Shown here piece by piece: positions 26,673 through 39,420 of a stretch of 64,000 nucleotides of DNA; the stretch's first letter is position 1; each line of letters opens with the position of its first letter. The DNA lies in the NCBI GenBank assembly GCA_030141605.1, contig JAQGDQ010000006.1, forward strand, positions 558,001-622,000. The letters run 5' to 3'. The stretch is from Tubiluchus corallicola. Its lineage: Eukaryota > Animalia > Priapulida. The notes under the pieces were generated by a model that worked only from the letters and a program-made list of their open reading frames with translations, was not told where the DNA came from and ran no database searches. A program made the position numbers and the translations under genes.

Positions 26673-29600
26673 TATATATATATATAAAACGCTTACAATT
26701 GTAGTGTATTGTACATTTAATTGGCTTACTAAACAACGCATTCTTGGTGGGTTTCTTCTAAACACAGTATTGTGACAGTAACACTAGTTGTACTGACACT
26801 AAATTTTGGTGTCAGTAAATTATTTGTAGCGCACCTTTCTATTACTGTATATTTTTTGATGCACTTCACAAATAATATGCCATTTAACTAAAATTTCAAA
26901 AATTCCCTTGGTACTTGGCAAAATAAACAATTCTCCGTATCGTGAAAGTCGCTTCGGGTAAACGTGCAGACTGTTTTATGCATAGATGTGGTTTTATGAT
27001 AGTCCCTACGCATTAAATACTACTCGATGGATGAGGGTGCCACCTGGATGTGATTAAAGCAAGCTTCATATTAAAACAAAATATACAGGGGCACCACTTC
27101 AGTATTTCACCATTTACTTCTTTTTGAATCCTGTTAGAATTTTTGACTGGTAACTTGATTAATGTTTTGTGCAATTGCAAATTATGCCTATTGCTCACAC
27201 AACGTGTGAGTGTCACACAACGGAATGCACGGGTTTCGGTAAGTCTTCGTTTTCCTGCATAAATTTAATTATGCTTCCTTCAAGCACAAAAATAAGCATT
27301 TTTTTGCTTCTATGCATAATTTGTATACTAAAATACATGTAAATGTAGCCAAATTCAAGTTACTGATGTGTAATACTTTGACAAGCAGTACAATACCACA
27401 TGTACACTAGGTCCACTCAAGGTTTTACAAAAAGCTATATTTTTAATATGCATGTGTTACCTTTATATTATTTATTTGTTTAAATATTAAATGTTCATAT
27501 GTTCTTGACCACATCGCAAAAGTTGTATATTTTGTATAATATACCAAAACTCTGGACAACTCATGTAAATCAAAATAGAATGTCACACACAGTTAATTCC
27601 ATTCTTGAAAGATCAATTACTTTAATTATTTTATTTCAACATGCTAAAAAATGATGTACTCGACTGAGGCTAACTGCTACAGGTCTTACTTATTTTAATT
27701 TGAAACACATTAAATTATATTACATAATAAATTTCAGAACAGACATGTATACAAATAAAACGAAGTTAATAGTGAAAAAATGCTCATTATCGTGAGATAA
27801 AATAATTGTTTTGCTTTAATAAAATGTAGTAGCTAATTAGCTGTTCAATATAAATTATGTAATACTAATAAATAAGTGTACAAATAAATTTGATACAATG
27901 AATGTATGGCCAGAATGTATATTAGAACTTGAGTATAAATGACAAAAAAGGAGGCAAGAATGTTTTGTCATTAGACATAATTCCATTGTTAAAGTTATGA
28001 ATTTAGTAGCAAAATAAGCTTAAACATTAATGTTAGACATTTAGATAATTACAAGAATGTTATCTAATGATTATTAGACAGAAATATCTTACAAGCAGAC
28101 CTCAAATCAAACCACACTATTAAGCACATAAAATAGGGTGATACACTATTGCAATGTCTGGTTTTTCAATTTCTATCACCCTTTCAGAGTTATCCACAAA
28201 TTAGCGCCCAGTTATTTAACAGAAACACCGTGTACAGAAAATAAAGAACCAGATCAGATGGTGTTTCGACAGAAATGATAACTTGCCGGAATTCCATTTA
28301 CTCCCTTTTGTAGCGCACACGCATGCATACGCATACATATCAAAAGCTGCTCTAAGGAAGTCTATTGAAGTCTATATTCTAGGTAGCTGTTTCACACAGC
28401 TTTTATAATCTAAAAAGAATTAGGCTGAAATAAGATCAAATCATTATAGCATTCACGAAAACCCGATCTTTACAACAAAATAATTGTCCGTCAAATCTTT
28501 TAATACAAAATAATTAAAATAGATACAGAACACTGGAATAACCACTAACTCATTTTAAAGCCATATAAGAAATTCAGAAAATCTGTTATAATCACGAATA
28601 AAAGAAAACAAGAACATTAGTTGTAATAACAGATCTACGTTAGAAGGAAGTTGTGAATTCTTACAATGAAAGTTTGAATTATCTTGCACAACTTAATGAA
28701 GTTTAACCACCACTTCAACCCCCCATGTGATTCTTGACAGGATAAAAAACCTAAATAAATGAATTTATTTATGTTGCTCAAATGTAAATAAAATAATTAA
28801 ACTTTGATCATACTTTTGCACATCGCATTATCTCTGTATGTTCTTTAAACTAGCAAAAGCACAACTGCTAACGGAGACATTAGTAAAATCTTGGAAAATC
28901 CAGGATATGCATGACAATTGAATGGCTCTGGGCAACTACTTACAGTTATTATGAACAACAGGATGTCAGACATGAAGGGCACATTTGGTGAACTGGTAAT
29001 GGGCCTACAAAATCTCAAATTTGTGCACAGATTTTTTTTCCGTTTTTAAATGCAAAATCAAAATTTTTGCCCAATGTACATAAATGCCAAACTAACAACT
29101 AATGTAACAATGTTTACAAAAACCATTTTAAAAATTTTAAAAAGAATTTAAGGTAATTGTATATTCTATAAAAAAGTTTCACTGTACATAAATGTATAGA
29201 GTCCGTGGACAATCTACTTGACCTGATTTCTCGTCTGACACGTCTAACGTCTGGCCCCAAAACCTGCACAAATTTTTGTATTGAAATGCAACTTTTTTAA
29301 AACTGCAAGATAAACATTTTTCTTAATTTATCACTGGATAGATAACTGCCTTTTCTAAACAGCCAATCTAAGCATCAGCTTCACAGGTCGATCGTGGTGT
29401 CTAAAAGAATGCATGCATCATGCTGAAAGGGGCCATTCAGATAGCGACTCTTTGTCAGAGTTAAGTAGAAAAGTATACAAAGTAGCCTTTACGTATGAAA
29501 TTGCCTAAAAATTTCAAAATCTGCGCGTTAAGACAGGGCACCCCAAAACCGCTTAAAACTCTATGCTAGAATATAGTCAGCACTTGCCTATTAAATTAAT

Positions 29601-31530
29601 TTTGAAATTTGTCTGGATGTAATCAATACCATAGGTTATTACACTATCACACCATTATAGCGAACATGGTTTATTGAGTACACATCGATAATGTGAACTC
29701 ACAAAAAAGGAGGAACTTTCATCGTTAGTGTGCTTGCACAGCAAAAACGTCCAAAAGTTGGCAGTTAAGCTTTTTAGTCATTCTTATATCCTGAACCTCT
29801 GTTCATGAGGATCATTTTGATACCAAGTTCAATGCTCTTTGTTATTTCTAACTGGAGATAATCTGCATTAAAGATGAGATGCATGCTGCACACAGGAAAA
29901 AATCTTGAGAAAACAGCTGTAAAACTCTGCCATTGTTTTTGTTGCCCTTCTACAAAAACACTTAGCAACCGTACGAACGGGTGGTTGCTAAGAAATTTGC
30001 AAGAGTACATTGAAATTATATTTAAATCCTGCAGATGGATCTTCCAAATGAAGATGTGAGCTAGGCAACATAAAAAACTGCAAGCAAAATAAATGCTTAC
30101 ACGAACACGAGCTACTAATGAAGTTTGAAAATACAAGCTTTTGACAAATGCAATACTGATTTTTAGGCAGAGAAATGGGCAAGGAGCTACAAAAATTAAA
30201 TAACTAGTATTTTCTAAACAATTTCCTGACATTTTGATGCTAGAACATAAAAGTCCAACATATTTAGCATTTTTATGTATTCTCGTTTGAGGCATAATAA
30301 CGCAGTTTTAACTGCATCAACTTCTGGATGGTTTTGGCTTGTAAGCACACATTTAAGTAATTTATAATAGCTTTGAATACAGCATACTGGGTTGTTGCTT
30401 ACAGCGGACTTTTTGTTGGGCCCTTTGCTTGCATTACTATGTATTTGTAAGTTTTTATTGAGTACTTTACATTTACGACCCATTCGCAAATTAATTTGCA
30501 GCTAAACTTAACCAGTCATTTTTGGTGTTGCAAAAAAGTTGTTGGGCGCGCACTGCAGCATACGAAATTGTTAACATGTCATGCCGAAAGGTCATTTTGT
30601 CTACAACCTCGGTCTAGCAGCATACACTAAAAACAACGAGTCACTCAGCGGCTTGGCAACCAGCTGTTGCTGTTTTATGTATGCACACTAGCAGCTCACT
30701 CCTGAGATGTTTCATCAAGTGATGAAAACCCTACTACAAAAACTTTTTTACAAGTGACAAACAGAAACTTTGTGCAAACAAAATTGACTGACATTTTTGG
30801 ATGTCATTGACTTTCACATCACGTAAATTTACAACTGAACATGTACATATTATTTAATATGAAACAGTTATCAATTTTTGGTTTATTGAAGTTACAAAAA
30901 ATACATTTCACTGAATTTGAATATACTGTAAAGACAGTGATACTTAATAGCATCTTCTAAAAGTACTTTACATCCTCTGTGAAGCAACATATTGTACATT
31001 ATTTATACAATTTTATTATTAATACATGCTTGCAGGTCTATCTAGCAATCATACACATATTATTAGCTGCATGTGCTCATAGAGTACATTTTAGCTTCCC
31101 AGCAGGTTCGCTATAATGATGTTATACTGTATTTCAGGACCAAAATTTACGACTTTATGAGGTTATCTTTTTTGTCCTTGAAAATTGCCTTTACAAAGAT
31201 ACTTCTTTAGACTCCTCCATGCCAAAAAATCCTCAAAAGCTCTATACAAATGCCTCTATGTTCACTTTTACTTAACCAAACTTTTAATAAATACTAATAT
31301 TTATTAACACTTGTTATGTAATGCTTGGAATCAATTACAATGACAGCAACTTGTGATTGTGTAAATTCCCCAAAAATTAAAAAAATACTGCCTTCAAAGA
31401 CACTTGGTTCTCTTAGGCCATGTGTAACAATATAAGCTATTAAATATTTTGATAGTTCTCATTTAGTTAAATAGTCTTACTATCTTGAAGTTTGCAGGAC
31501 TCTACACATTCATACTAGTTACAATGCAAC

Positions 31531-32511
31531 TTAACGGGTAGGGCGAAGCCCTTGCGCAGCTGCAGCCATAGGATAGGACACTAAAGAAGGAGAATCAGCA
31601 TGACTGAATGACATAATATCCTGTCCAATGGGTTGGGCAAGAGAGGCGTTTGCTGCAGCAGACAGAGCAGGCGTTCCTTGTGGAGCAAGAGAAGATACAA
31701 TAGACATATCAGCTTTAAGCGGACCTCCAGTTAAGGTCCTATGCGCCATCTGCGCAATAGCCTGATTTTGCACAGACGCAGCTGCAGCGGCATTAAATAG
31801 CTGCGCTTGACGCTGCAAAGTAAGCTGTGCATTCTGCTCCATTAAGATTTCATTTTTAGCCTTCAATTCCGTAATCTGTTTTTCCAACTGCTGACATTTA
31901 CTTCGCCACACGGCATTTTCATCTTTTAACTGTTGCCATTCCTCGCTTGGAGAAAGGTAACGATCATCATAATCATCATATCGACGTCGCTTCAGACCAT
32001 ATACATCGGGTGGTGGGAGGTCATAATATGGATCACGTCGTAGAGCTTCATAACGATCACTGTATCTATCGTAAACAGGAACTCTACGAGGGAGACCTCG
32101 AGATAAAGCATATTCCTCATCTATATGGCGATATTTGCACCTTGATCCACGATGGCACTCACCCTTTTGAAAATCCTTACAAACTGGAATTTCACCTGTT
32201 GCTGATGTTGGTTGTATTCCTGATGCAATACGCCTCTGAACGATGTCAGGTAACTCTCCAGTTTGCTTGTACACCTCTTCCTCTTCTCTTGTGCAATGTA
32301 CAAACTTACAGTTAGAACGGCGACACTGACTATTTTGAAAATCGTGACAAAACTCAACAGTCTTTTGGATTTTACCTACCTCATCTTCTTGAGGATGGCG
32401 ATATTTGCAACGCTTTCCTCTAGTGCATACGTTTCGCAAGAAATCACGGCAAATGTCATCATCCTCACCCTTGTATTCATTATTTTCATTAGCTCCATTA
32501 TCTTCTGCCAT
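31531..32511 (-). CDS. ZC3H10: Zinc finger CCCH domain-containing protein 10 (326 aa, single coding exon)
   Basis: Three CCCH fingers (CRDFLRNVCTRGKRCKYRH; CHDFQNSQCRRSNCKFVH; CKDFQKGECHRGSRCKYRH), a KRRR segment, a coiled coil (LKDENA...NEILMEQNAQL) and a C-terminal SYP motif. This is the ZC3H10 architecture. Start context gaaaaATGG. Confidence 0.93.
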   Translation of the reverse strand: MAEDNGANENNEYKGEDDDICRDFLRNVCTRGKRCKYRHPQEDEVGKIQKTVEFCHDFQNSQCRRSNCKFVHCTREEEEVYKQTGELPDIVQRRIASGIQPTSATGEIPVCKDFQKGECHRGSRCKYRHIDEEYALSRGLPRRVPVYDRYSDRYEALRRDPYYDLPPPDVYGLKRRRYDDYDDRYLSPSEEWQQLKDENAVWRSKCQQLEKQITELKAKNEILMEQNAQLTLQRQAQLFNAAAAASVQNQAIAQMAHRTLTGGPLKADMSIVSSLAPQGTPALSAAANASLAQPIGQDIMSFSHADSPSLVSYPMAAAAQGLRPTR

Positions 32512-32550
32512 TTTTCAGATTAAGAGAACTCACGAACTGGGATAATGTGA

Positions 32551-32681
32551 CGCTGCTTCGTTGCGCTTGTTTTAAAACTAGTGCTTGTGCTGCGCTCGCT
32601 TGACCGGTAGAAGAGCTGCTGATGATTCTGCTGCGCTCGCTTTGAAAGTAGACTGTTGTTCAGATTCCTGCAGCGCTCGCT
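32551..32681 (-). promoter_or_regulatory. Periodic AGCG/AGCGAGCGC motif array in the ZC3H10 5' leader (candidate RNA cis-element)
   Basis: Eight AGCG cores in 131 nt on the sense strand. AGCGAGCGC occurs at 32681-32673, 32641-32633 and 32600-32592, and GCAGCG at 32556-32551. All lie downstream of candidate acceptors (ttttag 32743-32742, ttgcag 32699-32698). Confidence 0.55.
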
Positions 32682-35374
32682 AGCTCCCGTCAATGCACTG
32701 CAAAATGACACCAAAGTGTAAATGCATGCAAATAGTATCTTCTAAAAAAACAAATGACATTGTTCCAGTATCTGGAAAGAATTAATATGCCAGAAAAGTA
32801 TAAGTGATTAAGAATTCAAGTTTCTTATACATCCTGCCGTGAACATTTTCACAAGAATAAGCAGTGAAAGCACTCTGCTAAGAGCTGTAACCAACTAACC
32901 ACAGATGATAAACTATTTAATACAACTCGAGCAGTATGCGCGGGGACTACCCAACTCAAATATAACGACTAATCGATGAAATGATGCCAGAACTACACAT
33001 GTATACCAATGGTAACAGGTATATGTGCTGTATGTGCATAATGGTCTAACAACACAGCTAAAGTAAAAATTCACAAGGCATGGGTAATATTGGTCTATGT
33101 CATTGTCAAAGGTGGAACGAAAATAAATCGTGCAGTTAAGTCTATAATCTTAAAATGCAAGCACGAAGAAATCAGCAGGGCAGTTCAAATAGTAGCAAAA
33201 AACAACCTGAACTGTTTACCAGTATAGAAATAATATAGTATATCCAAAGAAACAATATCTGGTTTTCATAAAGCTGTCTGTTACAGTTGCATGACCGAAT
33301 AGAATTACGTACACCAGCCTTAATTTTTAATACATGATTTAAGATGGAATAAAGGTAATGGCAATAACACGATTCTCAGAAACTTCAGGCAAAGAAAAAA
33401 TGCTGAAGAACAGAAGACAGAAAAGATGGCAATTTGACAAAATTATTGTAATTTAGTCACTCCCTGTCATTAGGTACTACACTGCCTCATTTATCACTGT
33501 AAAAGCGTCTAAATATACAGCAACAACTAGTGTGAACTGTGAAGTTTAACAAAAATTAAATAAAGTTGAAATTTTTTTTCATGCAACACATCTTTTATGC
33601 TTTAAGCAGATATTTGCATAGTTAACTTTTAAGTCATTCGTACATACACTTTATCTGACAGTTTGTTCACACTGCATTAAAATATTAAAAAACAAACAAT
33701 AACTTTTAAAATTAGAATTATCATGTAAAGACATTATTCCGTGATAGCCAAAGTTTGTGTCACCCAGGACAGTACTTGAATTTGTTCACTCACAAACACA
33801 TAATATAAAATAACAACATAAAAAATATTATACGTATATATCATATTATTATGTTGCACCGCGAGGCATTCTCAGAAGTTTGTCTCAGTACCAAGAATCA
33901 GATACAGTTCTAACTAACGTATATTCATGCACATAAGTTGTATTTACAGAATTTTATGGATTCATAATTTTTTTAAATAAAATACATGTATTGAGACAAT
34001 GCCAATATCGATTAAGAACAACTAAAAGCCTAAATAGGCATTTTTGTCAATTACGTTAGGCATCTTCAAGAGTTCTACGGTCCCGATAGAAAAACAACTT
34101 TCAGACCTTTAAATCAAAAGTGGCGCTTTGAGCAGGCCACCTCCTCTAGCTACACCATTAATGCAATTCCACTTCCTGAACAGCTTCAGCAATTTTTAAT
34201 GTAGATCTGACGTGAATTATCACCATCAGTTGGTCACATGTATCTGACTATTTTAATCTGTACTTCACTGACATCATTAGAGATGCACCGAATACTCAGA
34301 TCGCTGAATTTTTTCCCTGAACATCAGTATAAAAATTTGATATATTAAACTTCGACTGCAATCACTAAATGATTCGGTGAACTAATGTAGCAGCCTTTTT
34401 TCCAGAAACACTCACCCCCAGGCGAAAATACCTGGAAAAGCTCTGCTTCTCGTAGCCCAGAAAACCTTGCTATACCAGCTTTACATGATAGCCATTGTAA
34501 CTAAAGTAATATAATAATTAATACTATATTCTAAAATTTCTATAACTAGTATAAGTTATATAATAATTATTTACATAAACCATAACGCAAGCTCAACAAT
34601 AGACCTCGGCTAAGAGAAGTAACAAGCTAATAGCTCTAAACGAGTTTGTTGCAATTATACCGAAAGAAATCATTATCATTACTCTCACTCAGTAACCGAG
34701 TCTGAAGTCAAGCAGGATCACCGACATAAACGTGATATTTACAAACGTATATTCGTTACAAATACCGAAGCCTGGTCTATTGATAGCCATGTATTTCATT
34801 AAACGAAATTCTCGAAACAAAGTACAAACGAAAGCTGTATTACGGAAACAAAATTAAATCCTTGTCTTTAATGAATCTCAAAATACTGAAAACAAAATGT
34901 CGGAAAAGCTAGTACGGTCACAAAGAAAGTTAGGAAGCTGCAAAAACTGTAATGATGGAGGCACAGTAGGAGTTTTTACCTCTCTCTTCTACGACTATAA
35001 CAAAACTTGCATTTGACTACTGAGATGCAGTGAGAGTGTCTGACGCGCTGTTTGTAAAAGAATGGGGTTAGCAATCGGTAACATTCTAAAAGAGAATAAT
35101 TCAAATGAACATAATAAAGCACAGACCTCAGTCAAGGCCTGAAGAGCTAATTTACTAAATTACAGTTGCTTATAGGTCAAGATGATATTCATAGCAGGAA
35201 TCGGCCAACAGTAGAAGACTGCAAATTTAAGTACAAGACCAAAACATTCTTCACCTCGGCAACTTAGAGCAGAATCGACGACCCCAGTATCTCATAGGGA
35301 TAGAAAAACGTAAAGGGTGATACAGTCATATAAAATTGTAAATACACTATCAGAAAGTAAAAATTGGAGTTAGA

Positions 35375-37390
35375 AATATTTTTACACAAATATAAGAAGT
35401 ATTTTAAACAAACGTGATGAGTTGCTAATTTCGGTACAAGTACATAAACCTGGTATTATTGGTATAACAGAAACAGGGACTAATGAAGATGTATTTGATA
35501 GTGAGCTTACTATTACAGGTTATGAATTGTCGTAAGGATAGGTCTGTGGACAAGAAGGGAGGTAGTGTGATTTTGTACATTAGTAACGAGATTCCTCTTT
35601 GTCAGCTAAATTGCTTAGAGACTGCTGTTATTGAAACATTTTATGTTCAGTTATATCCAAATACACGTAATAGCCTACACCTACTTCTAGTATACAGACC
35701 TCATTCAACTGATGTTGAAACTGATTTCAATTTTCAAAGAACACTTGCAAATGATTTTGCATCAAAGCATTGTTTCATTTTTGGTGACTTCAATTATGGA
35801 AAGTATAGACTGGATTAAATTAACTACCTTATCTAGATCAGAAAGTTCATTCGCTGAAACTGAACATGATGTTTTCTTACACCATGTTAATTTTTTGCCT
35901 ACTAGTAAGTAGGTCTGTATTACATTTAATATTTACTTCAGACTACAATATGGTTGACGATTTAAACATTTTGACTCCAATTGGTATAAGCAATCACAAT
36001 GTTTTGGTCTGGAGAACATGCATTGCCAATAATGAAAATGTTGTAGTACAAACCTTTGTTGGAATATAATAAAAGGTAACTACAAAAGGATGCGTAGAGA
36101 AGTTACGAAGCGGCTAATAACTAATATACCAGATATGTCTTTCAGGCGTAATATTGTACTGGACAATATCATTGACATTACAATTAACAGAGTAAGGAAT
36201 GAGTTAACGAAATTGAACACAAGTCGCCAGGGCTAGACAAGTTGTATTCATGTGTTCTTAAGGAACTGTCGAGTGAGATTAGTGAACTCTTGTTCCGTCT
36301 TTTTAACTTATCACTTAATACTGCTAGTGTACTTACGTCATGTCATGATACTGGTATTGTATCTATGTCATGGAGCATTGCAAACGTGTACCTATTTTGC
36401 AAAGGGGACAGAAAACACGATGCAAATACCATAACTATAGACCAACATCGCTAAAGTAAGACTCAGTTGCTGGTAAGGTTCTTGAAAGTTTTATAAAAGG
36501 TACAATACTTCAGCATTTAATTGATAATAATTTAATTAATGATACGCAACATGGGCTTGTAAAAGGTAGATCTTGTGTTACAAATTTGTTAAATTTAATA
36601 GAATATATTACATCAAATCTTGACACAAGATTACCTGTAGATATAATATACGTAGATTTTTGCAAAACGTTTGATAAAGTCCCCCACAAAAGACTAATTA
36701 TAAAGCTCAAGATCTATAGCACAGGTAGTAAATTACTGAAATGGATTGAATGCTAGCTGTGTGAGAGGACGAAGCATACAGTTGTCAGAAACAAAATTTC
36801 TCATCTTACACCAGTAACATGTGGGGTTACGTAGGAAACCGATTTAGGCATAATATTTTCATCTGATTTGAAACCTGCAACGTATGTTTCAAACACAGTC
36901 TATGCAAAAAAGCAAATGCCATTCTAGGAATTATTCACAGAACATTCTGTAACAAGCACGCAAGCATTATAATTACACCCTACAAATCCAAAGTTCGCTC
37001 AATCCAGGAATACGGTAGCGCGGTTTGGAACACGCATTATGTAGAAGACATTTTGTTTGATTGAGGCTGTCCAGAAAAGAGCCGCGCGGATATGTTTGAA
37101 ATGCAAGTCCTGCCATAGTTGTGATCATTTACGTCAACTAAAATTACAAACGCTTATTACTAGAAGAGCACGTGCTGACTGTGGAAACTTCTTCGAGTTC
37201 CAGAATTCAAATAGGTCATCAAGGTGCCACAGCGTGCAGATGCAGAAGAAACGGATTAATCTGAATCTGGATCTAGTATTTTTGGTCAAAGAATTATAAA
37301 TGCTAGGAGAGCTTCCTCAGGTAGCAGTACATGCATCTACAGTGAATCAATTTAAGGGTGCTATTCAATATTATGTACATCGGTTGGACC
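35375..37390 (+). mobile_element. Degenerate CR1-clade LINE ORF2 (APE endonuclease + RT), internally deleted; ORF1 remnant may lie at ~34900-35340
   Basis: FYTNIRSILNKRDEL..IIGITET, RKDRSVDKKGGSVILY, VYRP and GDFN (APE domain); QHGLVKGRSCVTNLL, VDIIYVDFCKTFDKVPH, DLGIIFSSDL, KANAILGII and IEAVQKRAAR (RT and C-terminus). Many stops and frameshifts. Confidence 0.9.
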
Positions 37391-38755
37391 AGTAAACATT
37401 ATTAATGGCTACAAGAGAAAGCTTTTTGTAAACACTGATGGAGTCTTGTATGCTGAAATCACCATTTCGCTCTAATAGTTTGGTCCTAAAATCAACATAT
37501 CATTTAAATATAGTATTTCATGTTTTTTAAGAGTTGCTAGCGCCACAAAAAACAGTGCTTAAATAGAAGTGTGCATGATATAACCCTGAAGGTTTTTTAA
37601 CATATTATGGCTATCCGTATCTACAACAAAATGGAGAACTACCATATAGAAGAAGGTAGCCGCTAGGTAACTAACCAAAGATCATAAGATCATGTCACCT
37701 AGTCACCAATAAATATTTCTTCACAATTACATATGCTAGACTAGGTTTCTATAGGTTGTTTATATAGTTTTTATTTTTATTATACAAATGGACATACATC
37801 AAAAGATGGATCAAGCGAACAACAAAAAATAATATCGAATAGTTAAGCAGTCAATTATAAAGTCTGGTTCTGCAATTTTGCTAACTGATTTAGTAGCATC
37901 AGAACACATGGAATGTTAATTCTACCATAATTATTTTAACCAACTATAAAATCAATGTGTAACCTAAACTGCAAAATAAATAGTGTTACTTCTTAAAATT
38001 CATTAACTATCTAATGTTTCCTGCTTCTTTAAGAAGAGACAAACTATGAAAAAGGAGTTGACAAATAACACAACACAAGCATAACCAAAAATCCATCATG
38101 AAAAAATAGACCATTAGAAGAGGTTACATAATTGCAATTTAGAAATCATGGTGCTAACACATGAAAATCAAATATTCAACTGAAAACAATGTAAATTTAA
38201 GCACACAAAAAAGTATAATTTTTTATAATACACATTCAAGCACACTTCAAGAAAAGTTTACACAAACCACACTAGCTTGAGGCTATAAACATGCCATTAT
38301 ACATGTTACTGAAATACTAAAGGATACCTAATCATCGTGTATTTACATCTGTACTCAAATTCCATGAAATGATAATTATTATGCTTGTTAAAATTCAACA
38401 CACAGCTCATATTAAGCATTAAAAATGAATTTTCAAATTACAGAATTGTTTTTGCCTGCCTGTCTCGTGCATGTACATACAAATTAAAATAATGTGCTAA
38501 CAAAGATATTTTATAGTTATTTCAATAATAAAATGATATAATCTGTTGCTACAAATGCAAATCTGACAACACATAATTGCATGTTCTTAAAAGAAAGCAA
38601 AAATAATTTGCACTCAAGCAAGGTGTTTAAGTAATGTGGTATACAAATTACTGATGTGATTATAAATACATCCTTTTGCCATTTGAGCAGATTACCGTTA
38701 TATGCTGCTGAAGTTCTAAAACTGCTAAGAACAAAACTTGTGCACAGCATCTGGC

Positions 38756-39187
38756 CAGGGGCGTATCAAGACTTCACGATGCTCTCGGCTGATAGATCTG
38801 TCCCACCCATCTATCAGTGTATTCTGAATTTATGATAACGTGCAGAACAGACGAAACAATTAATTAAGTGTATTAGTAATACTATTAACCTAGTTTCTAC
38901 ATGGTCATTGTTAATTAAGTGTATATGAACTGCTCTTATATACAAGAAGGCTGGGCAACTGCTTGATGTGTAGTACCTTGTATTGTTCGTTACATGGCAC
39001 TTATATAGCAGCAGGCCTCTATAACTGCCTGTGGTGTGTCATACAATGCTTGTTTTACACGAATATGAATGGATACACATTTTCCGAGAATAACAACTTT
39101 TCAAAATTGAGCGCCTAAAATGTGGTGTCCCTCAAACTTCAGCACCCTAGGTATAGCCTAGTTAGCCTCTTGGTTAATATGCCCCTG
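38756..39187. mobile_element. Older hAT-like MITE just downstream of the MPP stop codon
   Basis: TIRs CAGGGGCGTAT / CAGGGGCATAT (rc). Degenerate 8-bp TSD catctggc / cttctagc (6/8 match). Confidence 0.55.
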
Positions 39188-39420
39188 CTTCTAGCATATA
39201 CAGCCTCTTCTCTGAAATTTATGATGTAGTCAAGAATGCACAATCCATGACAGCAACATATAAATGCAAGTATCGTTTTTGCAACTGCAAAAAGTCTAAA
39301 AATTACTAAAACGTGTTCAGAATGTCTCACTTTTATAGAAGTGAGAATTCGCCTTCATCTAGACAAAATGTCTCCTTGAAACTCATTCGCCTTCATCTAG
39401 ACAAAATGTCTCCTTGAAAC

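Noticed and set aside
12400-27245. Scattered plus-strand gtaagt donors (12427, 17261, 21565, 27238) suggesting a hidden gene
   Set aside because: No consistent acceptors or reading frame link them; a lncRNA cannot be excluded without RNA data.
29774-30489. 173-aa and 91-aa minus-strand ORFs
   Set aside because: Composition is typical of random AT-rich ORFs, with no domain or splice support; probably ZC3H10 3' UTR or intergenic.
31947-32523. Plus-strand and alternative-frame ORFs overlapping ZC3H10
   Set aside because: Shadow ORFs of a real coding exon with no recognisable protein features.
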